From: Chiloscyllium plagiosum
Lineage: Eukaryota
Reading direction: 5' to 3'
Assembly: GCF_004010195.1 (NCBI RefSeq)
Contig: NC_057750.1
Location: 4,040,382 to 4,104,381, forward strand
Length of the DNA: 64,000 nt
The number at the start of each line of letters is the position of its first letter. Positions within the stretch are counted from its first letter, which is position 1. The notes under the pieces were generated by a model that was not told the DNA's origin, did not search any database, and saw nothing but the letters and a program-made list of their open reading frames with translations. A program made the translations under genes and the position numbers. Shown one piece after another: positions 49,486 through 62,099 of this stretch.

Positions 49486-50083
49486 TATATCGCTTTTTCC
49501 TCCAGTGTTGCTGGGTCAGAATCCCCTCCCCACAGCAAGTGGACTGCAGCAGTTCAAGAAAACAGCCCATCACTCCTTTCTCAAGGGTAACTAGGGACAG
49601 GCAATAAAATGCTGGCCCAGCCAGTGATGCCCTCATCCCACAAATGAATAAAGATAAAAAACACTGCCTTTGATCCATCATGACTCTGAAGGTTCATGTT
49701 TCTTTGTCACAGAGCTAATGACAAAGACCTCATTTAACGTGGTGAAACAATGCCACAATAAGTCTGAGAGACTTGCTAATGCATTATAAAACGAGTTCTT
49801 ACCACTGGCTGCTGGAAAGCTCAAAATGCCTCAACCGTAAATTTCAACTTTACTCCCACTGTCGGGAAGCTGATCCTTTGCTTCCTGCATAAATAACACT
49901 ATTGCCTTCCTATTTTCTTGCTGTCATGAGTGGTACAGGAGTTTTGTCAGGGTCAGATGCTGATGGGGACAATGATATTGTAATATTTCTGGCAGAGCCC
50001 TAAAACTCTGGGGATGAGAGTCCAAATCTCACCTGGCAACCAGAGAAATTTAAATTCGATTCTTAAAAATCTAGATTTGTAAA

Positions 50084-50270
50084 GTTAAAAATCACACAAC
50101 GCCAAATTATAATCCAACCGGTTTAATTGGAAGCACTAGCTTTCGGAGCGCCGCTCCTTGATCAGGTGGTAATGAAGGACCACCTGATGATGAAGGAGCA
50201 GTGCTCTGAAAGCTAGTGTGCGTCTAATTAAACCTGTTGGACTATAACCTGGTGTCGTGTGATTTTTAAC
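50084..50270. mobile_element. Inverted pair of Penelope-like 3' ends, each with a hammerhead-like motif
   Basis: Arms 50084-50170 and 50179-50270 with an 8-nt spacer; same family as 24482 and 48470. Confidence 0.88.
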
Positions 50271-52713
50271 CTCGTTTTTCTTGGCAGATCCTTGAGAGGG
50301 GTGTTGGGGAATGGCTCTGGTTATTTAAACCATAGTTCAACCAAACACTAGCAAGATTTTTTTTTCTATTCATTCTCCAGCTCTCCGTCTTGCTCTGTCT
50401 CCCCCTACCCAAGTCAGTATCGTTCATGATTGCAGGCTCAATATCCTTAATTAAAGTATTGGACTATTTCCTGTTGTGATTGTTCTTTTGGCAGGTATAT
50501 TAGAAAAGTAATAAACATATTGATCAAACTGCAGTCTTTTTAAATCTCCTCTTGCTGCATATAAATAACAAAACATAATTTATATCTACTTTGTAAAGTG
50601 CACTGCACCAAATCTTTGCAAGATGGTAGTGAAAGGAAGACACTTCAATTAGCGTAAACCAACTGAGCACAAAGCATTACTCTCAGCAGTTTTGGGGTGT
50701 CATAGTAACTTGCTCTATGTACAAGAGCTAGTGTATGGTTTCTAAATTGGATCATTGCTTTTAGTAATCAATTGTCATTTTTAATCCTTTTGTCAGATGG
50801 CAGTGGTGGTGCCAAGGTCTCATTCTTTAGATTTAGCAAAGCAAGGCTTAAGTGAAGTTGATTTTTTTTTTGGCTGCCTTTTCCCCTTCCTTTCTTCTTT
50901 CTTTTCTGAAATTAACTTAATCTCAGTTCTTTGCAGTTGTAACCACTAAGGTAGAATCAAGAACTGAATAATTAATATGTGATAGGTTGTTAGCAGTGCT
51001 GGTTTTCAATGTTTGTTTCTTGACAAATTGAAAATAACAAGTGAACCCAGTAAGATTTGTAACAGTCAGGGATTTGAGAACTTTTTTTTAAACGTTTGTC
51101 ATGAAGTTTAATTTTGTTTGCAGCTGGCTTTGTAAACTCTTCATTGTTTTGTTTTTATGCCACAAATAGAGAACCTGTGGGTTAGTAATGAATCTGATCA
51201 CTTGTCCATCACCTTCTGGAATAGTTGCTCCAAATAGTGATAGTTTTGTGGAATTTAAAATGCATGTGACCTTTGCTAGAAAGCATTGCTTTGTGTGAAT
51301 AGAAAAATAGCAGAAATAAGTGCATATTAGCAAATTGATAAACAAGAATAGAACTTGTATCATTGAGGACAGAACAAAACCATCAACTTGCACTTTGTAT
51401 ACTTAGTGCCTGTCAAATCCCCAACAGCTTTACAGTAAACTAACTACTTAGTGTACTGTCACCTATGGTTTGAAACTCCATTGGAGTGTCTGCCCTTTCA
51501 TGAGCAAGTTGTTAGATAGATTCTAAACTGGTTAAAGGTGTCTTTTTGTGGTGTTCAGTATAGAATTTCAAAAATTGTTTCTGGCGCCTTGATGGCTTGG
51601 TGTTTACTGATGATATGTTAGGTGTTTGTAAAATGAAGCTTGTAGCTGAGATTAACGGAGTACCTTGTAAGCCTTTCATAAGTACAAACCTATATTTAGT
51701 TTGCTAGAATTAGCACCTCGTGTGATGTTTAATGTGCACTTGTCTTTACAGCACCCAAACTTAAAATGACACCTGGAAGCTTTTTTTTCAGGATCATGAC
51801 AATATAGGGTTACTGACTGATTACAGTTGACATATTCCAATTAATACAGTTGTGAAGCATTAGTTTTAGCCTGCTCTGTAACAGGATTCATCTGTGGCAC
51901 GAAATATTGAAAAATGGGCATCTTTTCCTGAAATTAGCTGTTTTTATTCTGTTAAATAATATGCCTGTAAAATTAGTGTGTTTTAATTTTATTTAATTCT
52001 TGCATTGCCCTCAGTTTTAACTGTTATTGGTTTGGCAATTGCATTTGGTTTTTGCTTTTTATGAACATGTGCTTGTCATATTAATTATTTAAATGTTTGC
52101 TCAAATTGCCTCACGCCTCCTTACTTTTCGTCAAGCTTTATTTTGCTTTTGTGGCATATGATTATTCAGTGAAAATGAAGATCCACTCTTTTTCATTTGT
52201 GTTGTGTTATTCAAACTGCAGTGTGTCAAGACACTAGAATTTTAAAATTGAAGATGTGGCTGCTCGTATGTACTTGGAAAACAAATTTATGGATTCTCTG
52301 AGGTATTGGGCATTGATAGCTGAATCATCTGAAGTCTGATCAGCCAGTTGCAGAGACCTAATCCTGTAATGTTTCACAAAGGTATTAAGTTGGAAAGGAC
52401 AAACTTAAAATTCCAGTATTGTGATTGACTGTCAACCTGACTTGGTACAATTGGCAACTCTTCCTTTTGGAGACATCAGAGGTCAGAATAAACGTAATGA
52501 ACTGAACCACCTGTTTAGTTTCAAGTACTCAGCAGTGTCTGTCAGCAGTGAGGCTGAACCCCAATAATGCCCTCTGATGAGCTAGCCATAAGTTCTGTTG
52601 CTGCTTGTAGCTATAACCACGAGAGGATCTGCTCCCAGTGGTATGTCAGGCTCGTCGCTGGAGCACCATTCTCTTGCATCCACTTTAGCCTGTCTGTAAA
52701 TGTTGTGAAATGT

Positions 52714-52839
52714 CCTGAAGAAGGGCTCATGCCCGAAACATCGATTCTCCTGCTCCTTGGATGCTGCCTGACCTGCTGCGCTTTTCCAGCAACACATTTT
52801 CAGCTCTGATCTCCAGCACCTGCGGTCCTGATTTTCTCC
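52714..52839 (+). mobile_element. Mini-insertion of a Penelope-like 3' end with hammerhead motif and imperfect TSD
   Basis: cCTGAAGAagggctcatgcccGAAAcaTCgatt...; flanks ctgtaaatgttgtga (52694) and ctgtgaatgttgtga (52840). Confidence 0.85.
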
Positions 52840-55624
52840 CTGTGAATGTTGTGATGTCTGTTATCCACCGACACCTCGGTTGACCCATCCTTTCTGCTGC
52901 CTCCACTTGTCCTCCAGAAGAAATCTAGCTTTGATCAAATGGAAAAATAGTTACATTTTCTGTTTGGATGTCATGAGTTCTTTAGCATTTTAAGCATTTG
53001 ACTTGGCATCCACATTTGCAAGGCATCTATTTTCTTCCAATGTTTATTTGTTGTTGAGCTTTCTGAGGCTGTCAGTGCAGTGGACAGAACATGGCATCTT
53101 GTGAGTTGTAATGGCTTGGGGAGTGTAGCTGTCATCATTTGCATAGGCTGGCGCAGCATTGAACAGCCCAACTAATCATGAAAAAGTTAAATTATGCCAA
53201 AGGTTGTAATTTTAAAAATAGCTTGTGCTTAATGTTGCTTGCTGCTTTCGTTAGGGGAATAAGCAAAGGAAGGAAACGAAAAGAAACCCAGCACAAAATA
53301 ATGTAAGCTTTCTGAGTCTAAAGCATAATGTCTTTCAAAACAGAACCACAAATAGAAAAAGGTTAACCTTACATATTGTAATCAGAGTCACAATATATTA
53401 AGTTATGGTGATGAAGAAAATTTACATACTAATGGAGTGACAGGAAAGACAACTTGGCATTATTTAGTACAGTGAGGTTTTTTTTGTAAGTGTAGTTTTA
53501 CTGTAATGTAGGAAACATTTAACTGAGTTGGTGAACAGCAAGATCCCACAAACAGCAACATTATAAATGGGCAAATTTCTTTTAGTGATTGGGTTACTCT
53601 GCACTACTAGCTGCCCATTTAGAAAGAATTTGAAATTGGAGAAGTTGCACTAAAGGTTGACTAGGAAAGAGAATCATTATAAAAACAAATGCTGAAAATA
53701 CTGTGCTGTCAGACCTGCTCAGTATTTGCAGCATTTGCTTTTACTGCAGAAGCCAGAAATGTTAAGTATTTGGCTTTTGGATGAGAATATATAGTTGAAA
53801 GATAAAGTACTTGAAGGTAGGAGTCATATTGCAGGAGGGAAGCCAGGGCTGGTTGTATGAGCAGAGGATGTTGATGGAATTTTATTCTACGAGCTCTCAA
53901 GGTTTTACCAGATGAAGTTACATCTGTTGGTTTCTTTTTAATCTGCAAAAAGGGGTATAAGTCTAGAATTGTTTGCTTAAAGCCTGGATCAGAAGAAATG
54001 TTTTCAGCTAAGGTTGTTTTAGAATGTGAAGTGCATTATCAATTTGACTGGCTTCAGCATGTATAGCATTGTATTTGAGGGGAATTGGATTTTATTTTTA
54101 AAAGTTGTACAAACGTTTTGGATACACAGAAGACCAGATGGAGGATTCAGATGCATTCCCACAATATAACTTGCACTAAGGCCAGTATGATGTGTTGATG
54201 GCTGCCACCCGGACTGAAATTTCCAAGGAATATGTTTCACTTCTGTGGAAGGAATGCTGAATAGTGGGAGAAAACATTGTTAGGGTGAGAGGTCACTAAG
54301 TACTGTATTAATTCCTCCAGCTAACCTCCTTGCAAGAGGCTAAGTCTAAACACCAAGATGTGAAGTGGCCTTTGTTTTTGTTTGAAGTGCTAGAACACAC
54401 TTAGCACTTTGTTTTGACACCGAGTTTGAGGAGTGGTCTTTGATGGAAGTAGTGGGTAAACTGGATAGTCAAAGAAGAAAACCTTTAATTGCTTTTCCTT
54501 CAGTGAACAGGGTAACCCCACTCACTAAAGTCATAGTCCTTGGTAAGCGTGAGCCTTTTATTGGTTAAATGACTGGGTAATTGTCTAGGCTGTTTCAGAA
54601 GGCACAAATGGCCAGATGCTGTTGTGTAGGGAGAGTCATATGTTGACTAGACCAGGCATGGGCAGCACGTTTCCTCCTTTCAAGTGCATTAGTGAACAGT
54701 TACTTATGGCCATATATTCTAAATCCTACTTTATCTATTGAGAGTTCGAGTTTATAAAATGCCACTGTGTGCTTAGAATTCACTGGCTTATTATTTATAC
54801 ATTGCAAAGCCAATTTGAAGGTGAAGGCCTTGTGTTCTCCTCAATTGGCAGTTTCTGGTTGAAGATTGGCTTGACTTCATCTTGCTGCCCCTTTTACTCC
54901 ATTTAAGGTTGCTTCAGTATTTACCTACCTGAGACTTGGCAGTAATTACCATGTCTCTGAAAGCTGTGAAAAAATTTTCAGTTTTTTTTTGTTGGAACAA
55001 ATGAATGAACCAAACCCACTTTCTCATTCCATGCAGATTACTTAAAACAGTGCCAGAGGCAAGATTTAGTGAGCTCTCAGTCTTAGTGACTTGATTCTTT
55101 TTTAGTTCTTCAGTGTTAATGAACCTTTCCATAAATGGAGCCCAGTATTGGGGGAAAATGGAACAAATGGTACAGCTTCTCATGTGTTTAATGCTGTTGA
55201 ACATTTGTGGTAGGTGGAGTTATTGGTGGGGAGAAGTAGGGAGCAGAAAGGAACAGCAGGAATGCGGCATTATTTTGCAAGCTGCGTAGGGTGCTGAAAC
55301 TTCAAACCAATCATAACTTTTGTTCCATTTTGAAGCTATTAAATTGTGCTGCCCATGTTGCATTGACCAAGGCAGTGTCCACTATCACAACACTGAACTT
55401 TTTGACATTGTTTTATTCAATGTTATTTTAGAGAGCCACTAATTTTCTCATTACTCTCTCTCCAATCAGTGGAGTTGTCTTCATTGTTAACCACCAAATC
55501 ACCAAATGGTTGGGGAGAGCTTAATTTGTGACCTTTCTCTTGAGAACTTAAGGCGATCATCAGCATGAAACATTTTTCTCTTTCCACATTTCCTGTTTGT
55601 GAACTTTTTTAAAAATGTGGTGTT

Positions 55625-58600
55625 TCATAGTCACACAACTGACTCTTGAGTCCACCTAGTCCTAGTCCACGCTGACCATTATCCCAAATTCAAGTCGCAC
55701 CTGCATGCACTTGGCCCATATCCCTCCAAACCTTATCAAAATGCCTTTCAAACATTTGTACCTATACCTGCATCCACCACTTCCTCTGGCAGTTCCTTTC
55801 TACACACTAACCACATTCTGTGTAACAACAAAAAAATTGCCCCTCGTGTCCTTTTTAAAATCTTTCTTCTCTCACGCTCTCGCGCGCTTTCTCGCTAATC
55901 AGGGATAGTATCACAACTGCAGAAAGGGAGATCGTCGAAGAGGGTTGATTGACAGATTCAGTAAGGGTGGAAGTCAGCAACAGAAAAGCAGCAGTCACTT
56001 TATTCAGAGTTTTCTACAGGCCCCCCAGTAGCAACAGAGACATGGAGGGCAGGTTGGGAGGCAGAAATGTGGAGGTTGTTTAGGGAGCACTTGCTGATAC
56101 TGCTGGACAGGTTTGTCCCCCTGAGGCAAGGAAGGGAAGGTAGGTTGAAAGCATCTTGGGTGACAAGGGCTGTGGAATATCTCGTGAAGAGGAAGAAGGA
56201 AGCTTACTTAAAGTTGAGGTGGTAAGGATCAGATAGGTCTTTAAAGGGTCATAAGGTACCAAGGAAGGAACTGAAGAATGGACTTAGGAGAACTAGGAGG
56301 GGATGAAAAAGCTTTTTGGGGTGGGATTAAGGAAAGCCCTAAGGCGTTCTACACTTAGGAAGAACAAAAGGATGGCCAGAGTGAGTGTAGGGCCAGTCAG
56401 AGATAATGGAGGGAACTTGCACCTGGAGTCAGAGGAAGTAGGGGAGGTCCTTAATGAAAATTTGCTTCAGTATTCACTACTGCGAGGGGCCTTGATGTTT
56501 GAAGACCACATGAAACAGGCTGATACGCTAGAACAAATTGATGTTACGAAAGAGGATGTGCTGAAAAGTTTGGAAAGCATAATGATCGATCAGTCCCCTG
56601 GGCCAGATGGGATATATCCAAGAGTACTTTGATGATCTTTGTGTCCTCACTGCCCATGGGAGTAGTACCAGATGATTGGAGGGTGGCAAATCTTGTTCAA
56701 GAAAGGGAATAGGGATAATCCTGGGAATTACAAACCAGTCAGTCAGTGGTGGACAAAGTATTGGAGAGGATTCTGAGAAACAGGATTTATGATTACTTGG
56801 AAAACCATAGTTTGATTTGGGATAGTCAGCATGGCTTTGTGAGGGGCAGGTCATGCCTCACAAACCTGATTGAATTCTTTGATGTGACAAAACACATTGA
56901 AGGTAGAGCAGTGGATGTGGTGTAAATGGATTTTAGCAAGGTGTTTGATAAGGTTCCCCATGGTAGGCTCTTTCAGAAAGTAAGGAGGCATGGGATACAG
57001 GAAAACCTGTCTGTCTGAATACAGAACTGGCTGGCCCATAGAAGGCAGAGGTGGTGGTAAATGAAAAATATTTAGCTTGGAGCTCAGTCACCAGTGGCCT
57101 TCTGCAGGGATCAGTTCTGGGACTTCTGCTCTTCGTGATTTTTATAAGCGACTTGGATGAGGAAGTGGAAGGATGGGTTAGTAAATTTATCGATGACAGG
57201 ATGTTTGGTGGAGTTGTGGATAGTGTGGAGGGCTGTTGTAGGTTGTAATGAGTCATTTACAGAATGCAGAACTGGGCTGAGAAGTGGCAGATGGTGTTCA
57301 ACCTGGAAAAGTGTGAAGTAATTCACTTTGGAGGGTCGGATTTGAATGCAGAATACAGGGTTAAAGGCAGGATTCTTGGCAGTGTGGAGGAACAGTGGAA
57401 CTTGGGGTCCAGGTCCAAAGATCCCTCCAAGTTGCCATCCAAGTTGATATGATTGTTGAGAAGGTGTATGGTGTGTTGACTCTCATTAGTGGGGGATTGA
57501 ATTTGAGAGTTGCAAGGTTATGCTGCAACTCTATTGAGTCCTGATTAGACCACGCTTGAAATATTGTGTTCAATTCTGATTGCCTCATGATTTTGAAGGA
57601 GAGGGTGCATAGGAGATTTACCAGGATGCTGCCTGGACTGGTGGGGGGGCTAGGACTTTTCTCATTGGAGCAAAGGAGGATGAGAGATGACTTGATAGAA
57701 GTGTACAAGATGATGGGAGGCATGAGTGGATAGCCAGAGCCTTTTTCTCAGGGTGGAAATAACTATCATGAGGGGGTATAATTTTAAGGTGATTGGCGGA
57801 AGGTGTAGGGGAGATGTCAGAGGTAGGTTCTTTACACTGAGAGTGGTGGGTGCTTGGAATGCACTGCCGGCACTGGTAGGAGAGTCAGATACATTAAGGA
57901 CATTTAAGTGACTCTTGGATAGACACAAGGAAGTTAGTACAATGAAGGATATGTAGGTTAGTCTGATCTTAGTAGGATAAAAGGCAGCTACAACACTGAG
58001 GGCCGAAGGGCCTGTAATATGCGGCCTGTAATATGCTGCACTGTTCTGTGTTCTATATTCCTTTAAAAATACACCCGCTGGAGTTAAATCCTACCACCCT
58101 TGCAAAAAGACTCTTGTCGTTCACTTTATCTATGACCCCTCATGATTTTATAAACCTCAAGGCCACCATGGAACCTCCTATACTCAAGTGAAAAGAAATC
58201 TAAGCTTTCCAGCCTATTATAATGCAAACCTTCCATTCCTGGCAACATCCTGGTGCATCTTTACTGAACTCTCTCCAGTTTAATAATACTATCCCTAAAA
58301 TGGAGTGATCAGAACAGTTCACAATACTCCAGAAGAGGCCTTACAGATGTCCTTTTAAACCTGATTATGATGTTCCAACTCATGTTCTCAACATCTGAGC
58401 AATGAAAGCAAGCATGCTAAATGCCACCTTAACCGCCCTATCTACCTGTGACACAACTTAGGTCTAAATCTCAAGATGTCTCTGTTCTCAACCCTACCCA
58501 GGGCCCTGCCATTATTTGTATAAGTTCTGCCTTTGTTTATTTTAATAAAATGCAATACCTCACATTTATCCAAATTAAACTCCACCTGCCGCTCCTCAGC

Positions 58601-59700
58601 CCATTATAAAATGATCTTGATCAGTTGGGTCAGTCTTAGGTTACCTTCTTCACTGTCCACTATACCACCAATTTTGATATCATCGCCAACTTGCAAACCA
58701 TGCCTCCTGTATTCCCACCCAAATCATTTTATATAAATGACAAACAAAAATGGACCCAGTACTGATCCCTGTGGAACACTGCTGGTCACAGGCCTCAAGT
58801 CTGAAAAACAACACCCCACCCTCACCCCCTAACCGCTATCACCCTTTGTCTCCCACTGTAAAGCAAATTTTGTATCCAATTCAGCAAGCTTATCCTGATT
58901 TCTTGATTAGCCTACCATGTGGAACCTTATTGAAGATTTTACTGAAGTCCAGGTAAACAGCATCTACCACTCTGGCCTCATCAGTCTTTTTGGTTACTTC
59001 ATTAAATAGCTCAATCAAGAGACATGATTTCTCTCACACAAAACTATACTCACTATCCATAATCATTCCTTTCTCCCCCAAATGCATCTTTCAGAATCAC
59101 CTCCACCAACTTACCCACCACCAGTTTCAGACTCTCAAGTCTACAGTTTCCAGGCTTCTCCTTGCACACTGCTTAAAGGCACAACATTAGGCACCCTCCA
59201 ATTCTCTGGCTCCTCACTCGTGGTTGTGGATGGTACAGATGTATTTGCTAAGGGCCTCGCAATTTCCTCCATACCTGCCCACAAGGTCTTGGGATACACT
59301 TGATCAGGTCCTGGAGATGTATCCACCTTTTGTTTTCAAGACCTCCAGCATTTCCTCTAAGGTAATGTGAACTGTTTTCAAAGGATCAATATTTCCCTGA
59401 GTTCTCCAGCCTTTATTTCTTCTCCTCAGTAAAAACTGGTGTGAAATATTCATGTAATATCTATCTCATCTCCTAAGTTTCAACATAAAGACCATCTTGT
59501 CAATCTTCAAGGGGACCTACTCTCTCTAGTTGATCCATTGCTCGTTAATGTACATGTAGAATCTTTTTGGATTATCCTTAATCTTATCTGCCAAGGCTAT
59601 CTCATCCTCCTTTTTGCCTTCCTGATTTACCTCTTTAGAATGCCCCTACATTCTATACGCTTCAAGCCATTCATTTGATCCTAGTTGCCTATACCTAATA
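55625..59700 (-). mobile_element. Degenerate CR1 LINE split by the opposite-strand CR1 at 55905-58055
   Basis: 3' UTR at 55625-55875 continues at about 58060 through RT (TSPGPDQVYPKTLW, ORF 59141..59326). Confidence 0.8.
55905..58055 (+). mobile_element. CR1 LINE ORF2 remnant with many internal deletions
   Basis: QSPGPDGIYPRVL, WSSVTSGLLQGSVLG...SKFIDD, RGRFFTLRVVGAWNALP. Confidence 0.9.
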
Positions 59701-62099
59701 TGATTTTTAAAAAAATTTTTCAGTAAATTTTTTATTTACCTGAGCGAAGAAGCACTGCTGGGGGATCAGAACTGAAACAATGCATTTGCTTGCTTAATGA
59801 CTTTTTAAACACCTACACGATTCCACATTTTCAGAGAGGTGATTCTTTGGCTTGTGGGTGGAGCTCAAATGCGTAGGTACATAAACTGCCTCCATAGATT
59901 TTGATTCCAGTCGGAGTTTTATGAAAATCCTTGCAAGGAATTGTAAGTGCATATTTATTGCACAGATTGTTGTTTCTTGCTAACCATTAATTTCATTCCA
60001 AATGCCAGATCAAAATATACAGTATATGATATGATATGATATGATCAATCAAAAGTCTTGATCTCATACTCCAATCTCCTCAAGCCATTCCTTTATTTTC
60101 CCCAAGACTTGATTTGAATGATTGTCGGGGGATATATCTGTAGTGTAGTTTATATCCATTCCCCTTGAACATTTGTTGCTTTTTATTAAATGACTACAGA
60201 ATTCAACCCTATTAAAACGTTAGGTATTATTGAATGCTATATTAAATTATTTATATGTACAAGCTAAAATATATTCAACAAAATACTGACTATTATAATA
60301 CAAGCTAATTGTGAATCTATTTTCAAAAAAGGGTGGGTGAATTTGATTATACTGAATTCCAGTTGGACTTTTATGTTCTTGTTTTAAAGAAGAACCACTT
60401 GAAAACTTTGAAGTAGCTGGTGAATGTGGGTGGCCAGAAAAGCTGGTTTGTGAACTGAATTCTTAAGTTAAAAGTAGTGTGCGCACTTGTCTCTGAAGTT
60501 TCCATACTGTTGAGCTGTGTGGAGAACATCAGTTTCTGTCATGTACTGGGTGAAAGGTTGTGATGAATTCCTTCTAAAATTGGGCGAATGGGCTGCAACT
60601 TCAGGACACCAAAATCTCCTTTCCAAAGAGCAAATGTAAGTACTGAAATTGCATGAGTCACCATCTCTGGAATGAGGAAGCAATACCATATCTCAATGCC
60701 ACACAATATTTTATGAGCTTGAATTATGTGCATCGCGGGAACCTTTTTTAAAATCACATGTGTAGATTAGCAAAAATGCAGGATAATCGTGATGTCAGGC
60801 CAGTTAAAATCCATGTGGCACAGCAAGATCCAGACAGTAGTTCTGGAGAATAGGATTTGTGTATGTGTGTGAAAAATCTGTTCCCTACATTGAGAATAGC
60901 AATTTTGAACACAACTGTGGAGCAGAGAAGGACTGTGTACTTAAATGAGCAGATACACCTCTGTTCAAATGCAAAGCTAACTTATATTTTTGAGTATTAA
61001 ACAATAAAGACTTGTGTTTGAATTGCATCTTTTTCATATCAAGTTCCTAATATATTCCACAATCCATGAACTAGTTGTTTGGATTTGACTGCTGTTCCAT
61101 GAAAATCACCCAAATTTACACGGGGATGGGGAGAAAGTTTTTCAAATATTAGCCATTTTGTTGAAGACTGTATTATAACTTTGCTGATTTGAGAGATCTT
61201 GTTTGTAAAAACTGCAGCATTAAAAACAATCAATCTATCAAATATTCAAGTCTGCAGTGCACTTGGGTGGGGAGGAACAAAATACTTGATTTTACCTCTG
61301 TATATTGGCTATATGTTTATTGAAGCTGAGTAATCCTAAGAGGGAGCATTGATTATCGTAAAAACTTGTACTGAAAATGAGCATTACTGATATCATTCTT
61401 TGTATATAAATTTCCCATGAAGAACATGAGCAAGGATATCTGTAGACTAGAAAGATTTGAAGGATTGACCTCCAGTCTGAGTTGTATAATCTTGGCTAGT
61501 ATTTTCAGACTGAGCAGCTGAGCCATAAAGGAAATGTATTTGATTAGTGTTATCATCATAGTGCCCTGTTAGGAAATGGTGTGTGAGAGCAATGGCTTTG
61601 TACGATCCAGCTCTATTGTGATTGAATGACCTCAAATATTCGCACTCAAAACCCATTAAGTAGTTCTGGAATTATTGGAGTTTCTAGTTCTTGTAATGTT
61701 TATCAAGCAAAGGACCAACAAAGAGATTGATGATTGGAAGGGGGTAAAATATTGGCAAAACTAAGGAAATTGAACAACTCCTTTATACCTTGGTAAAGAA
61801 TGATTTCCCTTTTTTTTTCACAGTTATGAGTTACTGCATAAATGTTAGCCTATCTGGCAAGATATCACCCTGCAATAATAAAGTACTTTCAAATTCCACT
61901 TTTATCATGTGCATTTGTAAGTTCCATGTTTCAGATAACTCTAAGGTGAACCACAGTTCCAAGTCTTGCCATGAGTTTCTCCTAGATATCAAAGTGAAGA
62001 AAACTTTGTGCCCAGGATAGTACCTGGAGAACTCCTGCATGATCTCAACTTCCAATCTGATACACAAATCTCCCATCTGAATTTTGAGGTGTTTCATAA

